From positions 1,646,453 through 1,710,452 of the forward strand of contig ML978122.1 in NCBI GenBank assembly GCA_010015805.1: a stretch of DNA of 64,000 bases. The letters run 5' to 3'. Both the position numbers and the translations under genes were made by a program. The notes below the pieces were generated by a model. It made no database searches, was not told where the DNA came from, and saw only the letters and a list, made by a program, of their open reading frames with translations. This document shows positions 21,827 to 34,392 of this stretch, piece after piece. This DNA comes from Rhizodiscina lignyota (lineage: Eukaryota). Numbering within the stretch: position 1 is the first letter of the stretch; each line of letters starts with the position of its first letter.

Positions 21827-22714
21827 TGAGAGGTGTTGAGCTCACGAGAGTGGTGCAGAAAGGAAAACCTCATTACTGATCAGAAAGGCAGAAATACGCA
21901 ATCGATGTCCTCTAGGCGAACACAAGCACAAGACACGACAAACACAAGCACAGAGTTAGAGTCATAATGTGTCTGCCTGATAGAGTGTTGAAAAGCTTAG
22001 CGTTCGCGAGGAGATCTCTTCTAATGTGGACACCGCTTTAACGCGGCTTGGACATGGTGGGAAGGTGGGAACCGCTGTCGACCCCGGCCGTGCGATAGGC
22101 GTGATGGAGAGTCATGCGCGACCCGTCGATGGTGCATAACGTGAGAGGAATTTACGATTCGACGCTCCGCTCTACTTTGCCCCATTCGTGTCATGCGTAT
22201 CTACGGCCATTATGTCAAGAGTAGCGATGTATGAACTCAGCACACACTGCACCCAAGAGGGCAAATGCTTCTGAAATCACAACCAGCGTAAGGATTTCGA
22301 TTTGAAGCCATCAATTGAGCCCCATGCGCACGTCCGGCCCGCTCTTCCTGTATGCATGTGCGTATGTACGGCGTTGCGGTTGGGACGCGAATTGAAGATT
22401 ACGGCGGCGTCTACGGAGTCCCGGTATCGGCTTTAAGAATGCAAGTCCGAGTGGATCTACATCGGGGATTTAGAGCCAAGGCGAGAACAGTGGTTTTCGT
22501 TCTGCGTTATGAGAATTGGGAGATACATAAGATATTAACCAATTGCTCCGGAGACTGGATAGTCTCAGAAGAGCAAGGTTGAGTGCAATTTGACTTTGAA
22601 GACAGCTTTGCAGCTGCATCGTCCATTCTTCTAGTTATACAGCACGGGAACGACTTAACCTCTCCAAGCGCATGCCAAATGCAATCATTCAACTCCAAGC
22701 GCATCGCAATCCTC

Positions 22715-24558
22715 TTATAGCTTCATGCCCAATGACTTATGCACCCTAACTGCTTGTCTTATGCTCAGATCCAACATGATTTCTTCGGAGCCACCAGGGA
22801 TAGCATAGGCTCTGACGTCCCTATACAGTCTCTCAACCTTGCCTCCTTGGCCACCCCTCGAATAACTCAGTCCACCAAATATCTGACTTGCCTCTCGTGC
22901 GCAGAATTCGAACGTGGTAGTACTTTGCGCCTTGAGACCGGCAATGGCACCGCCGAGCTTAAGCATGGCTTCTACCTCGCCCATCTTCTGGCACTGATAG
23001 ATGAGGTTCTCAAGCCAGGACCAGGAGGCCTCGATTTGGCGGGCCATGTGTGCGAGTTTTAGACGAATGACGGGATGGTCGTAGAGACGCTTGCCGAACG
23101 TGCGGCGCTTGTTGGCGTATTTCATGGCCTCTTCATAGCAGACTCGAGAGAAGCGGATACATTGGATGATAATGCCGATGCGCTGATTGTTGGATTAGTG
23201 AAAGTTCAAGTCATATATCAGAAACGACTGACCTCGTGATTGAAGTTTGTCATGATGACCCTGAAGCCCTTGTTGTGCTTGCCAATCAAGTTGCCAACAG
23301 GTACCTTGACATCCTCGAAAGTAACATATGTCGTGCCGCTGCTCCAGACGCCTTGGCAGTCCATCTTTCGGGTCGATACACCACCAAATTCACGCTCAAT
23401 GAGCAGAACACTGATGCCGTTCATACCCTCGCCGCCGGTACGCACAGCTGTGGTAAAGTAGTCGGCCCACACACCATTGGTGATCCACTTCTTCTCCCCG
23501 TTAACAATATAATGCTTGCCGTCTTCGGTGAGCTTGGCCTCGCAGGTAAGGTTGGCAACATCGCTACCCGCATCAGGCTCCGTTATAGCGAGACATATGC
23601 GCTTGTCGCCTGCCAGGATGCCCGGGATGATTCGTTCTTTCAGTTCTTTGCTGCCGAACCGAGTCACTGGCGGACAGCCAATGCCAAATCCACCGATAAG
23701 GTTCCAGACTAGACCACCACTGCCAGCGCGCGACAGCTCATCTGTAATCAGGACTTCATGGAAAAGATCCCACTTCTCGGGCGACACCGACTTGACCGTA
23801 TTCTTCACAAACTCCGTAGGGTATTCGCCTCCAAGTAGACCACCAAGGTATCCTCGTTCACCCATTGCCTTGTAGATCTCGTCTGGAATCTTCCTCTGCT
23901 CGTCCCATTCGAAGACATTGGGCATGATATCTTCATCCACCCATTTCCGGACTTCGTCACGAAGGTCGGCGTGGCTCTGCTTGAAGTAGGGAGAATAGTA
24001 CTGCGGCCTGTCAGGAGCCGGGTAGTTCCAGCATTTTATGTGCTTACCGATTGATACCAGTTTGGATCAGCGTAGGGGATGAGATCGCCATACGTGTCCA
24101 GAGGTACGTCAAATTCCTCTTCTCCATCTTGCGCCGGCTCTGCAGAGACGGTGCCGGGCTCCGGAGAAGGCTTTACGACGATCTTCTTTTCCTCCTGCTG
24201 CGGCGGCTCCTCTTGTTTCGCCTTCGTATCAAGCGAACCAACCTGCAGCTGCTTCTTGTACTTCTTCAGTATGCCCTCGTTGTGGTATTTCCAGAACTGC
24301 TTTGAAGCATCCTTTCCGGCGACTCGCTGAAGGACTGTCGGACGTTGAGCAGGAGGCTAACGCTTGTGAATTGGGAGCTTACTTTTCTTTCCACCTCTAC
24401 GATAAGTTAGTATGTTCTACACGAAGAGCGTTGAGGGATACTAACGGGTGTTCGTCCTGAAACTTGCTGAGATCGTAAACGTCCTCGTCCACGATAATCC
24501 ATAAGCTCTCTGTAGAGTTATGCGACGCGACGTCGCTCGTCGAGAATGATTGCGACAT
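22715..24558 (-). CDS. Acyl-CoA dehydrogenase with N-terminal cytochrome b5 domain, multi-exon
   Basis: Spliced [41 protein letters not shown] (b5 HPGG motif); CLAITEPDAGSD, NGEKKWITNG, ERLYRD and IPGGSEEI. Confidence 0.95.
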
Positions 24559-25442
24559 TGTTATCAGCACGACCGCGACTCTCTTCGATTCGCTATGACT
24601 TTAGACTATCCAAGAAGCAGGGAGATAGAAATGGAGAAGTGGTGGTGTTAGAGAAGGATTGCCGAATAATGAGAGGAATGGGCAAATAAAGGCATGCTGG
24701 GAGCGGCCTTTTCACATGCCAGATCCACTCGCAGCACTTCAATGGGGATTCCGGGGAAAATGGCCTTCACGTGCACCATCACGCTGTCATCTGCACAGCC
24801 ATGCTGGAGTCTGACGTCGATTCACAGCTGATGTCGGTAAGAGGCGGCTACGCTAGGCTTTCTGCGGGCTGAATACAACGTGGTGGCTGCGTACTAATCA
24901 CGAAATGGACGAATATTTCAGCGTTCCAGATTCAGCCAACCTCGGCCCACGACTCGAGAGCTTTGAAGAGAGCAGCTGACCATTCAAAGCGGTACCATAT
25001 CTAAAGCTGGCGAATGGCCTGTCGGATGCTGCCAACCTGTGCCTGGATTATTCTCCGTCTTCTTCCCGACCAATGTAAACTTTCGCCTGCAGGCCATCCT
25101 CGGCACCATTCCCGAAATCCTAAAGTCTTCTTCCGGACCTTGACTTTATCAGACACGTGGTGACGCGTAACTAACGTGTCAAAAGCTTCCATCTCAACTT
25201 CGAACTTCTTCGGAATGAAGTCCAGCTTCTCCAGATTTAATGGATCGCAGCCCAGTCTGGGCTGAGAGATTATGTCAGTACTCCGTATGGGGCACGTGTA
25301 TCTCTCACGTCCGAAATATGGATCCTCCGAGGAGGGGAAAGCTAAATCCTGTGCGCATTCTTCAACAAATGCAATTGAAGAATTGTTCAATTCTCTATAA
25401 ATCCATTTTCTCTGGCTCCTAACGTACATCTGACACCACAAG

Positions 25443-25931
25443 ATGCCTGAAGAAGTTCGAGTCACCCGTGCTGGCGACCTCAAGGCTTCCGGTCCACAAA
25501 CCGAGGGGATGATACGGCAGGCGGCTCTCGTAGATGTCTCTGATCAGGTCTGCGGAACGCGTAGGCGCCATTAGAAGCATCTAATGCAGTCCTCGAAGCT
25601 CATGAACTCTAGTCATGATTGCCAAACCTCATACGGCTTCTGCTGTCCATCACCACGGCGAAGAAGGTATGCCACCCTCTGCTGTCGACTCGGCTGCACT
25701 GTTGATGGTCCTCTAGATACGATTGTATATTGCGTTAGCGGCCATGGAAGCATCGTAAGCGGTCCAAATGGCTCGAAGAGAGAGGACTTGAGCCCAGGAG
25801 ACTGGGCTCTCATTCCTTCCTTTGCGGAACATCAAGAAGTGAACGATAGCGATGGAGACATTGTGTGGGTCATTTGTCGAGGAGGTCGGACTCCAATTGT
25901 CGAGAATCTGCAAAGCTGGACAAAGTCCTAG
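25443..25931 (+). CDS. RmlC-like cupin protein, 3 exons
   Basis: Spliced MPEEVRVTRAGDL...GMIRQAAL...AKPHTASAVHHHGEEDTIVY...LSPGDWALIPSFAEHQE (cupin motifs 1 and 2). Confidence 0.85.
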
Positions 25932-26643
25932 CATTACTATCGGTAATGATAAATATTATCGTCATCTTTGAGTTGCGGTTACAATAGGATCCCGCTACAA
26001 TAATGACCCGATGCTGTGTTCGCTGCCACGCGACGCTGGCGCACTCGCTCCTCTTCCGAGTAGTAAATGAGAGCCCTAAAATATACGAGTCGTTGTACCT
26101 GATTTACGGAATCCGCATCTCCGATATGTGCATTACGAGTGGATTCACAGAGCTAAAAAGAGGAGGATTTGTAGAAGCCACCAATCATATTAACCCTTTC
26201 GACCCGTGCCTGACAGGGTGTCATCTTTCTACCCTTCGACCTTCCATCTTCGCCTTGAACCTGCATCGATATTCCACTCGGCCCGTTTTCGAGTCAGAAT
26301 GGTATATTCTCAGAATAGTGATCGACAATGAGCATGCCAAGTTCGCTCTTCCCTAATGGCTTAAAATGTATCCAGCTACCAGGTTGAAGGTGGGATTTCT
26401 CTGGTTTTGCGCCGCGGCGGTTTTTGGTGACCAACACTGCAACGTCACAAACATTGCTGGAAGCAGGTAGACGATGACAGTGGTCGCAACAATTCTTCCA
26501 AATCCTTAACCTGACTTCAAGAGTCGCTTCTTCCCCGTTTTTTGAAAGTCAAGACGTTCGCTCTCGGTGCGCGTTGAAGAGGATGGTCAGAGGTGCTTCT
26601 ACACCTTCACAGACGTAACCAATCATTCATTGCCGCTCTCATC

Positions 26644-29201
26644 ATGTCGCTCTCGTTATCTTCGAGCAGTCTGGGTGCTACAGACTTCTCGCAGTATGTC
26701 GACCCTTTTCACGGCACAGAGGGTGGCGGTAACATGTTTCCCGGCGTCGTTGCAGGCAAGTCTCCTCCCAGGCGTCCGAGATGGACTTCCTCTAACATCT
26801 TCCGAAGCTCCATTTGCGGTTGTCAAACTCGGCCCAGATGTCATGACAAACCCTCCAAGCGACTCCTACTCTGTATGTTTGCAGTAGCAGTCTCATATAT
26901 GTGCAAGATACTGATGATTTTGCAGGGATACCAGCCAACTGGTAATATCACGGCTATAACTCTTATGCATGAGAGTGGTACTGGCGGTGCTCCCAAGTAT
27001 GGATGTCCCGGGCAGCTCCCGGTCGTTGGTGATATCAGCAACCCGCTCGTTGACTTGTCCATTCCTCGCGCTGCGAATGACACAGGCGAGGTTGGTCATT
27101 ACGAAATGAGCCTCGCAAACGGTGTGACGATCGAGCTTGCAGCAACAGAGCATGCAGGAATGCTGCAGTATGGCTTCCCGAAAAATGGAACAGCTAATGT
27201 CGTCGTGGATGTGTCGCACATTCTGCCTAGCTTCAGGGGAACTGGTTGGGGTCAGGTTCGTCATCTGCCAATGCAATATGGAATCAAACACTATGCTGAT
27301 TGCTCCCTATGGGGTAATAGGGTTATGCGGGTGGCAACATCAGTGTGTTTGAGGACGGCCACTATGAGGGAAGTGGGATTTACAACAATGGTTGGAATCT
27401 CGCTCCTAATTGGCAAATCTATTTCTGCGGGAGATTCAACTCCAAGCCAAGCGCCTCAAAGATCTTCGTGGGTAATGGTACGACCCTCAGCGCATATGGG
27501 AACAGCACTTCAGCGACTTCGTCTGTCCGTATAGGCGGTGTGTTCTCTTTCTCCGGCAAGACGTCAATAACGTCGCATGTTGGAGTATCCTGGATCTCAA
27601 GCGCAAAGGCTTGCAAATTTATTGACGACGAGATCTCGGATAAGTCGCTGAATACCTTGGTTGCCGATGCAAAGAGCAAATGGAACGCTGAAGTCTTCGA
27701 CAAGGTCCAAACAACCGAAAAGAATGCGACAACTCTGACTCACCTCTATTCGAGTTTGTACGGGATGCATCTATTGCCATCAAACAAAACTGGAGAGAAC
27801 CCTGGATGGACTTCAAGCGAGCCTTACTACGACGATATCTTCACATACTGGGATTTGTTCCGATGCACGACTTCCCTTGTCCACATTCTCCAGCCATCGG
27901 CGTGGGAAGAGCAAATGCGCTCGATAATTGACATCTGGCGGCACGATGGCTATCTTCCTGATGCTCGATCCTCAAACTTCAATGGCCGCTCGCAAGGAGG
28001 TTCGAACGCGGATCAGATTCTCGCAGACGCCTACGTCAAAGGCGTTCGTGGTGGTATCAATTGGGTAAGATTCAGTTACATCCTCAAGTCATTCCTTTTT
28101 CGATCTCGTCATTTGTAGAAACAGCGTAATCCACTAACACGGTCGCCTCACTTCCAGGATGATGGTTATGCCGCGATTGTCAAAGACGCTGAAGTCACAC
28201 CTCCAAACAATCATGATGTGAGTTGGTAGCCGTTAATGAAGAGCTCTCACTTACTTCGGTAGCCAATTGCACCCGACTCTGGAGATGCAGATGGACGCGG
28301 TGCTTTGCCGGACTGGAAACAGTATCACTACATTACACCGCGATTTTCACGCGCAGTCAGCCGTGCTGTTGAGTACAGTGTCAATGATTTCGGGCTGTAC
28401 CAGGTCGCCAAAGGACTGGGTAGGCACAGCGACGCAGAAAAGTATCTCGCACGTTCACGATATTGGCGTAATCACTGGAACCCCAATTCGACCTCGCTTG
28501 GCTTCTCCGGTTTCATGGTCCCCCGGTTTGCCAATGGGTCTTTCGAGGCATGGGATCCGCTGAGCTGTGGTGGTTGCTACTGGGGCGACCCATACTACGA
28601 AGCAAAGCCGTGGGAGTATTCGCTCAATGCCCACCACGATATCAAGCATCTCATCTCTCTCGCAGGCGGGCCGTCGACATTTGGAAAACGACTCGACACA
28701 CTCCTTAACCCAGCCTTGAGCATTTTTGATGTCGGAAACGAACCCAGCTTCACGAGCAGCTACCTCTACCACTTCATCGGCGAGAGCTGGCGCAGCGTCA
28801 ACCAGAGCAGGTACATCGCAAACACGCACTACAGCTCTGGCCGTGCAGGAATCCCAGGCAACTCCGACGCTGGTGCGATGCAGAGCTGGATCTTGTGGAA
28901 CATGTTCGGCTTGTATCCCATGGTCGGGCAGACGACGTTCTTAGTTGTGAGCCCATGGTTCGAGAGTCTCACACTGGATCTTGGAGGTGGAAAGACTTTA
29001 AAGATGAGAGCTCCAGGAGTGAACAGCTTCACAAAGTTTTTCGTGCAAGGACTGAAGATCAATGGGAAGAATTGGAAGCAGAACTGGGTTACGTACGATG
29101 ACATCTTCAAGAATGGGGCAACGATTGAGTTTGAGATGGGTAGTAAACCGAAGCGTTGGGAGACGGGGCCGCTTCCACCTAGCCCTGCTACGGAGACGTA
29201 A
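26644..29201 (+). CDS. Glycoside hydrolase family 92 alpha-1,2-mannosidase, multi-exon (start uncertain)
   Basis: YVDPFHGTEGGGNMFPG, MHESGTGGAPKYG, QGGSNAD, GNEPSF and PGNSDAGAMQSW. Confidence 0.93.
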
Positions 29202-30021
29202 TTCAACATGCAGGTAACTCTCGGATGAAGCTCATTTGGAAATAATCGTAAGACAAGCGCCTCGTTCTGGCTAGACCCAGGACGTCTATGAAGAGCGGCG
29301 CGGTCGAAATGAAATCGAATTATTGGATAGATATTGTATTGCACAAACCACGTATTTTGGCGGAATTATCGCACGTTGTAACTTAATGATTCTGGAGTTC
29401 CAGTCGGAAGCATCTCCGGACAGGATCTGCAATGAATCGCGATGGTTGGTAGATCAACTCCGTGACCTATCCAATCGTCTGCTACACTTCGAACTCTATA
29501 TCAACCTCAGTCTTCTGAACTTTGCCTTTATGGACGGAACCTAAATCAATGATCCCACCATCTCGCACGATAAACATTGCCATCTAAGTCTGACATATGA
29601 AGTCGTCCCTGCTGACAGAGTAGAGCGTATGATGGGGCCTTGACCGCCCAATCGAAAATCAGCGCATTCCGATGGCGTAACGTCACAAGCGACCCGAATC
29701 CTTAGCCCGAAGGCCATGTTCCACCAAGACCCTGCATTTGGAATGATCACGTCTGCCCGCAGCGGAAGCATGGTGAAGCGCCAATCCAGCGATCGCCTTG
29801 GAAGTCGATCTGATGGACGCTACCGGGGGGAGCACAGCAGCGTGATCTTTGTTCTGGCCCAAATCAAGCCCTGCATGTCAAAGACATCAACCCGAACACC
29901 AAGAGCTGCCAACACTCTTATTGCAGTGTAGCAGCCTTGGACTAGAAGAGGAGATATTGATCTCTCCGCCCACTTCTTTTCCTTCTATCAATTGTCTGCC
30001 TGACAGACTCGGAAGCTCAAA

Positions 30022-32995
30022 ATGGCGAGCAGTACCATCCCTACGCCTGCTACGGTGACTGTCACCTCTACAGTGGTTTCGAGCTCTGCTGCAAGCACGC
30101 ATGTCCCTCCACAAGGCGGTATTCTTGAGGGATCCAATCCGTCAGTGTATGATCCGAAGAATCCCATCATTCTCTTCATTATCCAGGTAATATTCACACT
30201 TCCCTCGAAGTCTCAACAGTTTCTCAACCCCGCCATAATTCTAGGCAGCATTGATGAACAAAGAGCTAATATCATATTCTGAACAGGCTGGTATAATCCT
30301 GATCTTCTGCCGCCTTCTCCATTGGCCTCTCTCCAAGCTCCGCCAGCCTCGAGTCATCGCCGAAGTTATTGGTGGTATCCTTCTTGGTCCCTCGGTGATG
30401 GGTCACGTCCCAGGATTCACGAGCGCCATATTTCCTGCTATGTCCATGCCGAATCTGAATCTCGTAGCCAATTTAGGCCTCATACTATTTCTATTCCTCG
30501 TGGGACTGGAAGTCGACTTGAGATACCTCGTGAGCAATTGGCGCGTTGCGATTAGTGTAGGGTTGGCTGGCATGGCGCTGCCCTTTGGACTTGGCTGTGC
30601 CATTGCGTGGGGCCTCTATAACCAGTTTAAGAATGATCCAAATACGGTGGCCATAAATTTTGGTACATACATGCTTTTCATCGGTGTCGCAATGGCCATT
30701 ACGGTATGCGCATGCCAGTCGGGTCTCCTAATGAGATGCATTGCTAACCCTCTAAGGCCTTTCCGGTGCTTTGTAGAATCCTGACCGAACTTAAGCTTCT
30801 CTCGACTTCAGTAGGCGTCATCGTCCTGTCCGCAGGTGTTGGTAACGACGTGGTTGGCTGGATCCTCCTTGCGTTGTGTGTTGCCCTTGTCAATGCCGGC
30901 AGTGGCATTACGGCGCTCTGGGTTCTTCTCACTTGTCTTGGATATGCTCTTTTCGTAATATTCGCCCTCCGACCCTCGTTTATGTGGTTACTACGCTATA
31001 CGCGCGCCCTTCAGGACGGCCCCAGTCAAAGCATTATCGCTGTTACGCTGCTCATGGCGCTTGCGAGCGCATTCTTTACCGGTGTCATTGGCGTGCATCC
31101 TATTTTTGGCGGGTTCATCATCGGTTTAATATGTCCCCATGAGGGTGGGTTTGCGATCAAGGTCACAGAGAAAGTCGAGGATCTGGTTTCTGCTCTCTTC
31201 CTGCCTCTTTATTTTGCAATATCTGGTCTTGGCACGAACCTCGGCCTGCTCGATAATGGCATCACTTGGGGGTACGTTGTCGCAATCATCGTGATTGCGT
31301 TCGTTGGAAAGTTTGTTGGCGCCTCAGTTGCTGCGAGGGCGAACGGCCTCGTTTGGAGGGAGTGCTTCACCATTGGCACTCTGATGTCCTGCAAGGGCCT
31401 CGTTGAATTGATCGTCCTTGTAAATGCTACGGCTATCTTAAGTGACTTCCACTTTGATGCTAACAATGGCACAGAATATTGGTCTGCAGGCAAGGATCCT
31501 TAGCACGCGCACGTTCACGATGTTCGTCGTCATGGCTTTGGTGACAACCTTCGCGACGACGCCGCTTACCTCCTTTCTCTACCCATCATGGTACCAGAAG
31601 AAGCTCGAGGCCTGGAAACGCGGCGAAATTGACTGGGATACTGGTGCCCCCATTGGCTCAGATGATGCCAGCAGCGCACGCGACAGCATGAGCTACGAAA
31701 AGCTCGAATCAAGCAGGGTCCAACGTCTTCTTGTCTATCTTCGTCTGGACAATATGCCGCCGCTCCTTGCTTTCTTAGCTCTCCTTGGTAACCAACCGGT
31801 CCAGCAGGATAGGAACACTCATCCGTCAAATGGGACGTCGACTGCCGACCACGAGAAAGACACGACATTAACAGGGCAGCCGAAGAAGAAATCTCTTGTG
31901 GCACATGGCATCCGCCTCATTGAGCTCACAGAGCGTGAATCATCGGTCATGAAGGTTGCTGAAATGGACGAATACTCCATGCACGATCCGGTCGTCAATA
32001 CTTTCCGCACCTTTGGTCATCTCAACGCGCTTGGCGTCTCGGGCGAAGTCGCTGTAACGCCAGAGTCTGGATTTGCGGATTTGCTGGTGGGCAAGGCTTC
32101 AGATGCGAGTGCAGACATGTTACTACTACCTTGGTCCGAGACGGGCAGTATGTCGGAGACCGCCGAGATCACACCTCAGAGGCAAAAGACCAAGCTTCAG
32201 GATCCAGTCTATAGTTCCTTTGTTGAAGCCGCGCTCGATACTTCCCCTTGCACCGTTGCAGTCTTCGTCTCGAAGAACTTTGGCGGCGTGCGCCCACCAC
32301 GACGTCCACAGCTCAGTAGATCATACAGCATCACCAGCATCCGGAGCAAGCAAGGTATCACAGAGAGCAACGATGTCAGCATGATTAACCGCACACACCA
32401 CATCTTCTTCCCATTCTTCGGCGGACCTGATGATCGTGCCGCCCTCAGACTGCTTATGCAGCTCGCGGCGAACCCAGACGTCACGGTTACGGCGGTGCAT
32501 TACCAAACGGAGCATAGCTATTTCGAAGGTGTCGAGCCGCCGAGTCCGATTATTTCACGGACGCCGACTCGTACGCAAGCTTCCGGAAGTGGAAAATTTC
32601 CAGCGGTCGCTTCTGGAGAGGTCGACACGTTGCCTGCTGAAAGGGACGTCATTCTATTCAACTCACTGCGCTCGACACTACCCGAGGACGTTGCCAAACG
32701 CGTCGTATTCGAGGTCATGAAGACAAACACGCCAGTCAAGGACGCATTGGAGCGTGCCGAGAGCGAGGTTGGACAGCGGCCAAGGAACGCTGGCGACTTG
32801 ATCGTGCTGGGACGTAATATCGACAGGATCGGAGCGTTCAGAAGGGAAGCAACCTTCGAGAAGAGGACGGCAGATGACATCGAGAGCCGCAGTAGTGGCC
32901 CCCTGGGATACCTGACGCAGAGAATCGTGGAGAAGGGTATCGGTGCTAGCGTGTTGGTGCTGCAAGCAAGGGGAAAAGGTGCTTCATCTGAATGA
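30022..32995 (+). CDS. KHA1: K+/H+ antiporter (CPA2 family), 4 exons
   Basis: LRQPRVIAEVIGGILLGPS, FLFLVGLEVD, TAFPVLCRILTEL, GVGNDVVGW, LMSCKGLVELI and PFFGGPDDR. Confidence 0.92.
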
Positions 32996-34392
32996 TTGAT
33001 TTGATGCACTTCTACTGGGATGGTAATACTCATCTTCCAGGGTGGCTTTTCTTGTGCATTTGGAATTACAGTCGACGTTTGATTCGACGGATGAATTCGG
33101 TTTGATGGGCTATGGCTAACGAAGATTAATGATATACAACGAATTCGATCCAGCAATGGATCCTACAAACAGATGGTCAACTGCTACGTTTTCTTACCAC
33201 TTATCCGTGCGTGCCAGCCTCTATCGAGGAAAGTATGCAAGTTCTTCAATGGTCTTTTACTGACGCCAACGAACGTAGAACTGAGCATTCAGATAGAATC
33301 TCGCTTACTTTAAAATGCAAGATCTGCTCGCGCTGGGCGCTACAGCTTACCCAACAGCCCTGGAAGTTTTGTAATGCCGTTACTTAGCCAAGCAACCGGT
33401 TGTTTGGTATCGCCGTGGTGGTGGTTTGTGATCGGAAGAAGACACCCTGAGAGGTCGTAATCCACCTTTATAGTTGGAGATAGCTGGCGTAATCATGTCT
33501 GCTCTCGCTGAATAGCAAAATGACCGCTTGAACCTCGAAGTGTTATATGCCATCGCCGTGGCATGGAATCCCCGGATCCGCTGCCCGGCGCTCCGAAAGC
33601 GATCCACACGTGAGGGCACGCAGACTTGAGCGACTTTCACATGCAAGTCAAGGGTGTCTTCCATGTGCTGCCACGCGCCCACCGACCTTTGCTCCTCGAG
33701 AGACATGCAACGTCACAAGACAGCCTGACTCGTGTTCGGTTGGCTTCGGCGTGGACTGGCATTGGCAGATCGGTTCCTGCATGCTACACGAGGATTGGTC
33801 GATCAGATGATGCACGAGTCCTGCCTTTTTCCTGTCTGCGTGGCTCCAGTCCCAGTTCCAGAGCAGCTGAAACGTAGGTGACGATTCTCTGCCTGGGACC
33901 GAAGAATTTGGGACGAACTTTGAGCGCAAATGACGACGTTGGAGTTTTGACACGGACAATAGGGAAATATTCCCGGTTTTGGATGAAGATTTCCAGATTC
34001 GGAAAGGTAAAAAGAAATGACTTCTAAAAATTTATTGTGGTGAACAAAGGCAAGATCAGCCGTTAGGAGTCTTGTGAGCTGGAAGAAGCTTCCAGGTTAC
34101 ACATGCACTGAAACATGATCGAGATCAATACCGCGCTCTCTACTTTGCTGTTGTGCTGCTTTCAATCTGGGCCAGCGCCACATTTTTGCGCGTGACCTAG
34201 TAACGTCGGTGCAAATTCCGCGGTATTCCCGTTGATATACATCACGAACAGACGTCACTTCGAACAACCCTCGCCACTCTTTAACAACAAGACACGATTA
34301 CGGTTTCACGGGCTGCCAACTCTCCACTCCAAATGCGATTATAAACAGACCGACGACGTCGAAGGTGGTCGCCGTATGGCGTCGCTAATAAA

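Noticed and set aside
14080..29201. Possible metabolic cluster of sugar porter, ABC transporter, acyl-CoA dehydrogenase, cupin and GH92
   Set aside because: No shared pathway logic or backbone enzyme; these look like unrelated neighbours.
33000..34300. Several short ORFs between KHA1 and the lipase
   Set aside because: No motifs or consistent splice model; treated as intergenic.
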